Source: Planctomycetota bacterium
GTDB lineage: Bacteria; Planctomycetota; Planctomycetia; Planctomycetales; Planctomycetaceae
Assembly: GCA_027622115.1 (NCBI GenBank)
Contig: JAQBZS010000001.1
Location: 1-38,487, forward strand
Reading direction: 5' to 3'
Length of the DNA stretch: 38,487 bases
Within the stretch, counting starts at the first letter, position 1. Each line of letters opens with the position of its first letter. The notes below the pieces were generated by a model. It saw nothing but the letters and a program-made list of their open reading frames with translations. It did no database searches and was not told the origin of the DNA. Shown piece after piece: positions 17,186-25,689 of this stretch. The translations under genes and the position numbers were made by a program.

Positions 17186-20100
17186 ATGACTGACGGGAAG
17201 TCAAGCCTCGACCACCTGGACGGACCGGGTCCGTCGGTCGAATCAGCAACAACGCAGTTCAACAGAGATTGGCAATCCGGGCTGTCGCCACAAATCGAAT
17301 CCGTGTTGGCCGTGCACACCGATCTCGATCAGACTATTCTCCTGCAAAGCCTGCTGCCGGCCGAAATCAGGCAGCGTCAACTGTTGGAAGAGGATGTGGA
17401 TGCCGAGGAGTATGCAGCGCGGTTTCCAGAACACCAGGGCCTGGTCGACGAAGTCTTCGGTAGCGAACCGGCGCTTCCTGAGTTGCCTCCCCCGCCAATC
17501 AGAATTGCAGCGCTCCCGGCAATTAAGGAGTCGCACGGGCAGTTCATTCGGGCGGGTGACAAGTTTGCGTCCTACGTGATTGAGGACGTCGTGGGTTCGG
17601 GAGGCATGGGCGTTGTCTATCGGGCGTTTCACGCTGAACTGGGGCGGACCGTCGCGCTCAAGACCATTCGATTGGATGGAGCCCAGTCCAGGAATGCCGT
17701 CCGTCGATTCCGTGTCGAAGCTCAGGCCGCGGCCAAGCTGGATCATCCTGGCATCGTGCCAGTCTTCGATGTCGGAGAGCAGGACGGCATCCCTTTCTAC
17801 TCAATGGCATTCGTCGACGGCGAGAGCCTCACTGAGAGCGTGAGAAAACAACCCTTGTCGACCAGACGTGCCGCGGAAATCTGTCTGGCGGTTTCCCATG
17901 CGGTCGAGCACGCACACTCGCACGGGATCATCCATCGCGATCTCAAACCACACAACATCCTGATCGGGGCTGACGGACAACCGCGTGTGGCTGACTTCGG
18001 GTTGGCACGAAGCCTGATGGACGACGAGTCGAATCTGACTGTCGACGGTCAGGTGCTGGGGACTCCGGCCTACACGCCGCCCGAACAGGCGGACGGCCGC
18101 GGACGCGAATCGGGACCGGTGGCTGACGTCTACTCCATCGGAGCCATCCTGTACCAGACGTTGGTGGGACGGCCGCCGTTCTATGCGCCCTCGCCCGTTG
18201 AAACTCTCAGGCAGGTGATTGATTCCGAACCGGTGCCCCTGCGGCAGCTCAATCCGCGGATCGATCGCGATCTGGAGACGATCTGTTTGATGTGCTTGGA
18301 GAAGAAGCCCGCGCGACGCTATTCATCGGCCGCGCAATTGGGCGACGACTTGCAAGCCTACTTGGATCATCGACCGATTCTTGCACGGCCGATCGGATGG
18401 CTACGGCGAATTGCAAAGTCCTGTCGTCGCCGGCCGGCCGCCGCGGCACTCATGGGAGCGCTTCTGATTTCGGTTGTCGTCGGTACGTCGATCGCAATCT
18501 GGCTTGCCGCGGAAGCCAACACGCGAGCCAACGAGGCGGTCGCCAATCTCTACGTCGCTCAGATCAATCGCGCCTATCGCGAGTTGGAAAACGGCGACGT
18601 CATCGCTGCCCGTGACCTACTGACGTCGCAACTGCCGGAAGCCACCGGCGGGGTCGACCACCGCGGTTTCGAATGGCACTTTCTGTGGAATCAGTGCCAC
18701 GAATCGCTGCAAGAATTCACCGTGTCGAACTCGGCGATCGGGGCCTTTGCTATCAGTCCGGATGGCACGCGCATCGTCGCAGCGGATTCGCGGTCTGACG
18801 AACTGAGAGTGTGGGACGTTGCCACAGGAAAACTGCAAAACGGTGTCCCGGTGGGGGCGTCTGACACAGTGGATCTCGAATTCAGCCCGGATGGCGCGCG
18901 GCTTGTCACTTGTGGTGCGGGCGGTGAAGTAAACGTGTGGGATTGGACCTCGCGCAAGAAACTGCTGACGCTGACCGAACCGACAGCCGGCGTCCGCTGC
19001 GTCACGTTTAGCGCGGATGGTTCGCTGCTGGCTGCGGGCGGCGGTGTGACCAGAAAACGCGGCGAGCTGTTCGTGTGGCAGATGGAGACTGGCCGGTTGA
19101 AGCGCCAGTTGAGCGGGTTCACGAGTCGCGTCGAAGATGTCACGTTCAGCCCGGACGGGCGATTGCTGGTATCCGCGGCGGGTCCCACCGAAGCCAACGA
19201 TTCAGGCGGTGAAGTCAAAATCTTGAATGTTGAATCCGGGGCGGTCGTTCGATCGCTTGGAAGCGCGGACATTGAGAGCTGTGCCTTTAGCCCGGATGGA
19301 ACACGGCTGGCCGGCGCGAGCGCACATCCGGCCCAGCGTTTGATCTTGGTTTGGGATGTGCAGACTGGCGCTGTGCTTCAACGACTGACCGGCCACAGCA
19401 AACGCATCACCAGCGTCACCTACAGCCCGAGCGGAGACCGGTTGGCATCGGGCAGTGAAGACGGAATGGTCATCATTCGCCATTCGAACAGCGGCCGCGA
19501 ACTGATGAGGATTCGCAGCCCCGAATATCACGTGCAGATGCCGATCCGCTTCACGCCGGACGGCCGCCGGATCGCCACTCATAATCCGGCCAAGATCAGC
19601 CTGTGGAATGCTTGGGCGGATGCCGAGCCATTCGAACATCCCGTCAGCAATGCGATCGTCGGTGGCTGGAACGAATACCTGCAATTCAAGGCGCACTGGA
19701 CGAAAATCGAATGCGTGGCGTTCGCGCCGGATGGCAATCAATTCGCAACCGGCGAAGGACTCGGCCATGTTAAAGTCTGGGACCTTGCAAGCCGTCGACT
19801 GCTTCACGAGTTTGCAGCTGGAAATAGCAACGTGATGGGACTCGCATTCAGTCCAGACGGACAATCGGTGGCGACCGCAATCGGTAACCTCAACGCGAAC
19901 TCAACGCCGTTTGGCGAAGCCGCGATATGGGACGTCGCATCGGGCCGGCGGCGGAAATTGCTTTCGAAACATTCCGTGCCGGCGACGAGTGTCGTGTACA
20001 GCCCGGATGGATCACGGGTTGCTTCCGCCAGCAACGACCGCACATGGCGCGTGTGCGACGCGGATTCCGGGGAGTGTCTGCATGTTGCGACGATGCCACG

Positions 20101-20461
20101 TTGGGTGACGGACATCGCCTATTCATCAATGCGTAATCGGCTCGCGGTGTCGACGGGATCTGGACCAGTCACAGCGGACGAAACTCCGAGTGGCTCGCTG
20201 GAGATTCGGGATGCGAACTCGCTTTCATTGCTCAGCTCGGTTGAATTGTCCGCCCACATCGAGACCATCGCATTTAGCCCCGATAGCGAATCGATCGCTG
20301 CAGGTGCCGGTCCGGATGTGCTGATATTCGAGGCGAAGTCCGGCAAGCAAACGGCAAACTCCGCGGACATTCGGAACAAATCAACGGGTTGGTCTTCAGT
20401 CCGGACGGGACGCGGGTGTTTTCCGGGGCCACCGATCGCAGTGTTCGCGTCTGGCACGTAG
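17186..20461 (+). CDS. Ser/Thr protein kinase with TM helix and WD40 repeats (N-terminal 1091 aa; frameshifted, continues in 20389..20790)
   Basis: ATG at 17186 with GGAG 5 nt upstream. Kinase motifs: 'VGSGGMGVVY', 'VALKTI', 'HRDLKPHNIL', 'DFGLAR', 'GTPAYTPPEQ'. TM helix 'AAALMGALLISVVVGTSIAIWLAA'. 12 WD40 blades follow ('FSPDG...' pattern). The last ~35 aa of this ORF are out-of-frame junk. Confidence 0.9.
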   Translation: MTDGKSSLDHLDGPGPSVESATTQFNRDWQSGLSPQIESVLAVHTDLDQTILLQSLLPAEIRQRQLLEEDVDAEEYAARFPEHQGLVDEVFGSEPALPELPPPPIRIAALPAIKESHGQFIRAGDKFASYVIEDVVGSGGMGVVYRAFHAELGRTVALKTIRLDGAQSRNAVRRFRVEAQAAAKLDHPGIVPVFDVGEQDGIPFYSMAFVDGESLTESVRKQPLSTRRAAEICLAVSHAVEHAHSHGIIHRDLKPHNILIGADGQPRVADFGLARSLMDDESNLTVDGQVLGTPAYTPPEQADGRGRESGPVADVYSIGAILYQTLVGRPPFYAPSPVETLRQVIDSEPVPLRQLNPRIDRDLETICLMCLEKKPARRYSSAAQLGDDLQAYLDHRPILARPIGWLRRIAKSCRRRPAAAALMGALLISVVVGTSIAIWLAAEANTRANEAVANLYVAQINRAYRELENGDVIAARDLLTSQLPEATGGVDHRGFEWHFLWNQCHESLQEFTVSNSAIGAFAISPDGTRIVAADSRSDELRVWDVATGKLQNGVPVGASDTVDLEFSPDGARLVTCGAGGEVNVWDWTSRKKLLTLTEPTAGVRCVTFSADGSLLAAGGGVTRKRGELFVWQMETGRLKRQLSGFTSRVEDVTFSPDGRLLVSAAGPTEANDSGGEVKILNVESGAVVRSLGSADIESCAFSPDGTRLAGASAHPAQRLILVWDVQTGAVLQRLTGHSKRITSVTYSPSGDRLASGSEDGMVIIRHSNSGRELMRIRSPEYHVQMPIRFTPDGRRIATHNPAKISLWNAWADAEPFEHPVSNAIVGGWNEYLQFKAHWTKIECVAFAPDGNQFATGEGLGHVKVWDLASRRLLHEFAAGNSNVMGLAFSPDGQSVATAIGNLNANSTPFGEAAIWDVASGRRRKLLSKHSVPATSVVYSPDGSRVASASNDRTWRVCDADSGECLHVATMPRWVTDIAYSSMRNRLAVSTGSGPVTADETPSGSLEIRDANSLSLLSSVELSAHIETIAFSPDSESIAAGAGPDVLIFEAKSGKQTANSADIRNKSTGWSSVRTGRGCFPGPPIAVFASGT

Positions 20462-20790
20462 AACGCGGCTTGGAATTGCTCAATCTCACTGCGTGGACCG
20501 ACTACTACAAAGTCTCCGACGTCGCGATCAGTAGCGATGGGCGGACATTGATCGCCACTGGCAACGAACTCGTGAAGATCTGGGACAGTCGAAGGCCATC
20601 GGACGAGATGAGCGTCGAGCGCGACGCTGTGAGCCTGCTTCACTTCATGCAACGGCATCGCAAGACGCGCGCGGACGTCATCAAGTCCATTCAGACCGAT
20701 CGCACGATCCGCGAGTCAGTCCGCAAACGAGCACTACAACTCGCGCCGGCCCTCAAGCAACGGCTGAACGAATTCCCCGATGACGGGTGA
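20389..20790 (+). CDS. C-terminal fragment of the same WD40 kinase (blades 13-14 plus tail), in the -1 frame
   Basis: Upstream of the nominal TTG start, the frame already reads 'GKLRGHSEQINGLVFSPDGTRVFSGATDRSVRVWHVERG', a proper WD40 blade. Adding one G to the GG run at 20353-20354 fuses both parts. Confidence 0.8.
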   Translation: MVFSPDGTRVFSGATDRSVRVWHVERGLELLNLTAWTDYYKVSDVAISSDGRTLIATGNELVKIWDSRRPSDEMSVERDAVSLLHFMQRHRKTRADVIKSIQTDRTIRESVRKRALQLAPALKQRLNEFPDDG

Positions 20791-20820
20791 GAATCGGCAA
20801 TACACTGTTTGCGGCGTCCA

Positions 20821-20887
20821 TGACAGAAAGATTGATGACGAAAGATCGATCGCCCGTTTCATTTTTCTGTCATCAATCTTTCTGTCA
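20821..20887. repeat. 19-bp perfect inverted repeat (stem-loop) between the convergent kinase and sigma-factor genes; possible bidirectional terminator
   Basis: TGACAGAAAGATTGATGAC (20821-20839) and GTCATCAATCTTTCTGTCA (20869-20887) flank a 29-nt loop. The element starts 30 nt after the kinase stop and ends 1 nt before the sigma stop codon (20889-20891). No U-tract follows on either strand. Confidence 0.6.
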
Positions 20888-20888
20888 G

Positions 20889-21617
20889 TCACTCAAGCAC
20901 CATCTCGCAATAAGACAGCAGACCGAGCGACTTCAGTTCGCGGCGCACATCCGCATCCTCGTCCGCTCCCAGCGTTTCGCGAACGACTTGCACCAGAATT
21001 CGCGCGTATTTCATGCGGGCTCGGGCGAGTGTCTTGCGAAAGGTCGCAGACGTCATTTCGCAGCCCAAGGCGTGTTCTACTTGGGAGACCAGTTCGGCCG
21101 CCGGAGTCTCTGGCGACTCGACTCGCGCCAAGAGAACGGCATAGTAACGCGCGTTGCCTTCTTCCAGGCGGTCCCAAGTCACCGTAAGCAAATGGTCGTG
21201 GATACACTCCTCAAACGATTTTGGAGCGCTGGGAGTCTCCGTTCCCGGATCAACCAGTTCTCCGTGCTCGGCGAACTGCTCAGGTGACCGTTGCTTCATG
21301 CGAAAGTGGTCGTTGACCAAATTGATGAGCACTCGCTTGAGATAATCACGAAATCGACCGTGGTCCGGGCTTGCCTTCCGGAAGTCGCCGCGCAACAGCC
21401 GCAGCGCGAACTCGTGCGACAAGTCTTCGGCCGTTTCTTCGTGTCTCACAGCACCGAGCAAATAGCGGAAGACTGGACCGATGTAATGACCAAGCACCGC
21501 GTTCCGAATCACGCCCGCTTCGATCGTGTTGTCGCCGTGCGCCTTCGCGATCATCGACCAGTGGGTTTCGATGCGCCCCAACCACGAACTTTTACTTTGC
21601 GTTGCGGTTTCGGTCAT
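20889..21617 (-). CDS. ECF-type sigma-70 family RNA polymerase sigma factor (planctomycete STK-associated type)
   Basis: ORF 20889..21767, with the start moved to the ATG at 21617. The region-2-like segment is 'AEDLSHEFALRLLRGDFRKASPDHGRFRDYLKRVLINLVNDHFR'. The region-4-like segment is 'EMTSATFRKTLARARMKYARIL'. No adjacent anti-sigma ORF is present. Confidence 0.75.
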   Translation of the reverse strand: MTETATQSKSSWLGRIETHWSMIAKAHGDNTIEAGVIRNAVLGHYIGPVFRYLLGAVRHEETAEDLSHEFALRLLRGDFRKASPDHGRFRDYLKRVLINLVNDHFRMKQRSPEQFAEHGELVDPGTETPSAPKSFEECIHDHLLTVTWDRLEEGNARYYAVLLARVESPETPAAELVSQVEHALGCEMTSATFRKTLARARMKYARILVQVVRETLGADEDADVRRELKSLGLLSYCEMVLE

Positions 21618-21970
21618 GCAAGTGCTTGTCTGGAAAGAAACTGTTCGCTCGCTCGCGCTGGTCCACCAGAACAAATCATTCGCCCCCATTGCAAGTGTAG
21701 ACGCTGTCGCACGCGGCTTGTTACACCGGCTGCTTTTTTTGTTCCTGGATTTGTTTCTTTCGAACACGCACGCATCTCATGTGTAAAGCCGGCTTAACGC
21801 TCGAAGAGGTGTTGAAGTCGCACAAACCGTGGGATTGGGACAATCGATTCGACCGGCGGCAACTTGCGAGCGCACGACTCTGCAAGAAGTGATTCAGGGT
21901 GTCACGGGTTCCGTACAAGAAGCGTGGGCGACTAACTCATGCTTCAAGTCGGTGACCTGTGGGGCCTGTC

Positions 21971-24340
21971 ATGCTGCTGAGATCTTGGATCGATTCCCTC
22001 TCATCGCGCTCGACTAAGAGACGAAAACTCAGAAGTTCCTTTGCCGCGGCGCTGCAGTCATTGGAATCGCGAATCCTGTTGAGCGCCGCCAATCCGCTCG
22101 ACCTGTCGACGCTCGACGGGGTTAACGGCTCTCGAATCCAGAACAGCGAATTTGGGCTCGGCAGCCCGATTAGCACCGCCGGCGACGTGAACGGTGATGG
22201 ATTCGGCGATGTCATTGTTGAGTCGTTTAATGGCGTGCATGTCGTCTTCGGTGATGCCAACGGTTTGGGCGCGTCGATCGACACGTCGAATCTCGCCGTG
22301 GCCGACGGCTTCACGATTCTGAACGCGAATGCCGACGACCTCGCGACAGCGGACATCAACGGCGACGGGTTAAGTGACATCGTGATCGGCCAACCGTTTG
22401 GGTCTAACGAAGGCCGAGCGGTGGTGGTCTTCGGCAAGTCCACGCCCTTCGCGGCCACGCTCGATGTCAACGCGATCACCGCGGCAGACGGGTTCTTCAT
22501 CAACGGCGAAACCGCAAACAGCCGCTTCGCACGCAGCGTGGCATCGGCAGGAGACGTCAACGCCGACGGCTTCGAAGATTTGATGCTCGGCTCGCAAGAC
22601 GCGACCGCCACGGTGACGATCGTGTTCGGTTCAGACGCCGGATTCGGGACGGCATTCGACATCGCCAACATCGACGGCACGAACGGATTCCACGTGCGGT
22701 CCGAACTGAACTCTCCTTTCTCGGCGATCAGTTCCGCCGGTGATTTCAACGGTGATGGCACGGACGACATAGTGTTCAGCCGCATCGGTGCCGGCTCGTT
22801 CGTCTTCGGCCGGACGACCGCATTTCCCGACGTCATTAATGTGGGTTCGTTTGGTTCATTGACCGGAGATCTTGACGGGACAACCGGCTTCCGTACGTCG
22901 CTGCCGACCAACATCGGCTTCAGTGTCGCCAGCGCGGGCGACGTCAACGGCGACGGCTTCGATGATGTGCTCTTCGGGACTAGCAACGCCAGCGCCGGCG
23001 TTAGTCTGTTGTTTGGGAGCAGTGCCGAGCGAAGCAACTTCGAGTTCTTTCCCGCCAACAACGCCGCAGCGGCGATTCAGCTAACCACACCGGCGAGTGA
23101 GCAACTTGGCTTCGCCGTCGCGGGAATCGGTGATGTGAATGGCGATAGTCTCAGCGACTTCGCGCTGGGTGCTCCCACCGGCGGCCGCGTTTACACGGTC
23201 TTCGGGTCGACGACTGCATTCCCAGTTGCGTTCGACCTGAGCACTCTGGATGGCGACAACAGCTTTCGAGCGGACAGTGCCGACGGCAGCGTTGGACGCG
23301 AGCTTGCCCCGGCCGTCGATGTGAACGGCGACGGCTTCGACGACTTTCTGCTGGGCACGTCGGGCAACGCCTACGTCGTGCATGGCGGCAATTTCACCGA
23401 TTCCGTCACGCACTTGGGCGATGGCGACTCAAACGTACTCACGGGGAATGCCAACGCGAATATCCTGAACGGGGCTCAGGCAGACGATTTGCTCATCGGC
23501 AACGGGGGGGCCGACGTGTTTAAGGGCGGTGCCGGTGACGACACGTTTAGCGTCCCCGATCTCAACTTTGCGCGAATCGAAGGCGACAACGGCACGGACA
23601 GGCTCAGTTTCACCGGCACGAGCCTCACGCTGGACCTCACCAACGGAGTCTTCGGCAGGTTGGACAGCGTTGAAGCCATCGCGCTGACGGGCGGTGGCGA
23701 TAACACGCTGATCATCACCGACCAGCAGGTGCTCGGCCTGTCACCCGAATCCAACAGTGTCACGGTTCTCGGCAACGCCGGCGACGTCGTGCATCGCGGA
23801 ACCGGTTGGACGCCGGGTGAAGTGGTTGACATTGGCGGCCAGCAATTCCGCGTCTATTCGCAGGGGTCCGCTGAGTTGCTGATCCAAGTGGGTGTGGCAA
23901 CGGATGAACTCGAGCCGCCGTCGGACATCGTGCTCAGCGCGAACTACATCAACGAGTCGCGTGCCGAGGGTTCGCAAATCGCAACGCTGTCCGCAGTTGA
24001 CGGAAACAATGGTGAGACGCACACCTTCGAGTCGCTCGATGATGCCGGCGGCGTGTTCTCCGTGAGCGGCGATCGGCTCGTGCTGGCGGACGCGAGCGGG
24101 TTGGACAAGGAGACGGGTCCGGCGAGTTACACGATCCGGCTGCGAGCTACGGACAACAACGGACTCCCGCGCGACAAGACCGTGACGATCGAAGTTGTGG
24201 ATTCGTTTCTCGACGACAGCTTTGACTTCGGCAACTTGCACGCGACGAACGGCTTCAGCTTTAAGGGTGAGGATGGAAGCGGCACCGGCACGACGATGTC
24301 CGAAGGCGACGTCAAAACGACGGCCAGCCCGATCTGGTGA
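21971..24340 (+). CDS. FG-GAP / RTX / cadherin-repeat surface protein, N-terminal part (frameshifted, continues in 24337..25689)
   Basis: ATG at 21971 (the track starts at the GTG at 21959). Repeated 'GDVNGDGFxD...G' FG-GAP units. The RTX nonapeptide block is 'LTGNANANILNGAQADDLLIGNGGADVFKGGAGDDTF'. A cadherin-like module reads 'ASYTIRLRATDNNGLPRDKTVTIEVVD'. The N-terminus has '...LESRILLSAANPLD'. Confidence 0.85.
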   Translation: MLLRSWIDSLSSRSTKRRKLRSSFAAALQSLESRILLSAANPLDLSTLDGVNGSRIQNSEFGLGSPISTAGDVNGDGFGDVIVESFNGVHVVFGDANGLGASIDTSNLAVADGFTILNANADDLATADINGDGLSDIVIGQPFGSNEGRAVVVFGKSTPFAATLDVNAITAADGFFINGETANSRFARSVASAGDVNADGFEDLMLGSQDATATVTIVFGSDAGFGTAFDIANIDGTNGFHVRSELNSPFSAISSAGDFNGDGTDDIVFSRIGAGSFVFGRTTAFPDVINVGSFGSLTGDLDGTTGFRTSLPTNIGFSVASAGDVNGDGFDDVLFGTSNASAGVSLLFGSSAERSNFEFFPANNAAAAIQLTTPASEQLGFAVAGIGDVNGDSLSDFALGAPTGGRVYTVFGSTTAFPVAFDLSTLDGDNSFRADSADGSVGRELAPAVDVNGDGFDDFLLGTSGNAYVVHGGNFTDSVTHLGDGDSNVLTGNANANILNGAQADDLLIGNGGADVFKGGAGDDTFSVPDLNFARIEGDNGTDRLSFTGTSLTLDLTNGVFGRLDSVEAIALTGGGDNTLIITDQQVLGLSPESNSVTVLGNAGDVVHRGTGWTPGEVVDIGGQQFRVYSQGSAELLIQVGVATDELEPPSDIVLSANYINESRAEGSQIATLSAVDGNNGETHTFESLDDAGGVFSVSGDRLVLADASGLDKETGPASYTIRLRATDNNGLPRDKTVTIEVVDSFLDDSFDFGNLHATNGFSFKGEDGSGTGTTMSEGDVKTTASPIW

Positions 24341-25689
24341 TCGGTGCCCCGTTTGCCGGCGCGAATGGCGAAGGCCAGGTGTATGTCGTGTTCGGGTCGA
24401 CTTCGGTGACATCGTCGAACCTCACGCCCGCCGATTTGAACGGCACGAACGGACTGCTCATTAACGCTGCGAACGCGGGTGACAACCTTGGCTATGTCGA
24501 TGTCGTGGGTGACATGAACGGCGACGGCATCCCGGAGCTGTTGCTCGGAGCGGGCAAAGCCACGACGACCGTGCCGCGCGGTGGTTCGACGTATCTGGTG
24601 TGGGGCGGTGCCAACCTCACGAACCTCGACGCAGCAGACGGCACCACGGACGGTGTGCTGTCACTCGCCAACTTCAACGCGACGTTCGGCTACCGCATCG
24701 ACGGCGTGGCGTCCGGATTCGAATTCTCGACCGAACCGGCGCTCAGCGTGCGCGGCTTGGGCGACATCAACGGCGACACGATCGCCGACATCGCCATCGG
24801 TTCGCCCAACCACGATCGCATCGGTCTCAACGACGTCGGTCAAGTGAATCTGATCTTCGGCGGCGCTGTGAATCTCGGTTTGATCGACGCAGCGGATGGA
24901 GCGGAAGACGGCGTCATCTCCGTCGACAGCATCGACGAGACGACCGGCCTGCGTCTCGAAGGCATCGCGGCCGGCGACTCGACCGGAGTCAGCGTGGCGA
25001 ACGGCGGCGACATCAACGGAGACGGCTCGGCGGACATCGTGATCTCCGCTCCGTTCGCGTCACCGGGCGGAATCAACGCTGCCGGCGAAGTATTCATCGT
25101 GTTCGGCGGCGCGGCGAACTTGAACGCACTCAACGACGCGGACGGGACGCGCGATGCACTCGCACCGCTTACGGCGCTCAACGGCACGACCGGCTACCGA
25201 ATCCAGGGCGACGGTGCAAACGGGCTGTTGGGATTCAATCTCAGCGGTACAGCGGACATCGATGAGGACGGAAACACCGATGTCGCCGTCTATTCGGCCG
25301 CCGGTAACGGCAAAGGGGCGGTTTATCTCGGCGGTGGCTTGGCCGGCCAGGATGAAGCGAATGGATCGATCGACGGCGTGATTTCCCTGGCAGCAATTCC
25401 ACAGCCGAGCCCGAGAGTGCATTCGCCCAGCGGACACAATCCGAACGAAGTCTTCGTCTTGGACGGCGAATCGGACAACAAAGTTCCTGACCCTACCGTT
25501 TTCTATGTGCTGAGAAATCCGGGTCGGCCTCTGGGGCAAAACTGCTCATCATTCCGTTTTCGTACCAAGGAAAATGGAGGACGAGCATGGAAGCTCAGCG
25601 GCAAACCCGGACGTGTGATCGTAATCGACCAGAACCCAATGAAGAAAACCCCACACCCAAGGGCGCACGCCAGATCGTCGTCCCCATGA
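24337..25689 (+). CDS. FG-GAP repeat protein, C-terminal part of the same gene; its last ~70 codons read into the IS
   Basis: The frame already reads 'DGQPDLVIGAPFAGANGEGQVYVVFG' from 24319. More FG-GAP units follow ('GDMNGDGIPELLLGA', 'GDINGDTIADIAIGSP', 'GDINGDGSADIVISAP'). From 25479 onward the ORF is inside the IS left inverted repeat. Confidence 0.8.
   Translation: MIGAPFAGANGEGQVYVVFGSTSVTSSNLTPADLNGTNGLLINAANAGDNLGYVDVVGDMNGDGIPELLLGAGKATTTVPRGGSTYLVWGGANLTNLDAADGTTDGVLSLANFNATFGYRIDGVASGFEFSTEPALSVRGLGDINGDTIADIAIGSPNHDRIGLNDVGQVNLIFGGAVNLGLIDAADGAEDGVISVDSIDETTGLRLEGIAAGDSTGVSVANGGDINGDGSADIVISAPFASPGGINAAGEVFIVFGGAANLNALNDADGTRDALAPLTALNGTTGYRIQGDGANGLLGFNLSGTADIDEDGNTDVAVYSAAGNGKGAVYLGGGLAGQDEANGSIDGVISLAAIPQPSPRVHSPSGHNPNEVFVLDGESDNKVPDPTVFYVLRNPGRPLGQNCSSFRFRTKENGGRAWKLSGKPGRVIVIDQNPMKKTPHPRAHARSSSP
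25479..25509. repeat. IS left terminal inverted repeat
   Basis: See the mobile_element entry; 30/31 match to the right end. Confidence 0.85.

Noticed and set aside
21618-21958. An ECF-type autoregulatory promoter (GGAAC ... CGTC) upstream of the sigma factor gene. A GGAAC occurs on the minus strand at about 21741-21745.
   Set aside because: The nearest CGTC lies ~37 nt downstream rather than the ~16-17 nt expected. One pentamer match has no evidential weight.
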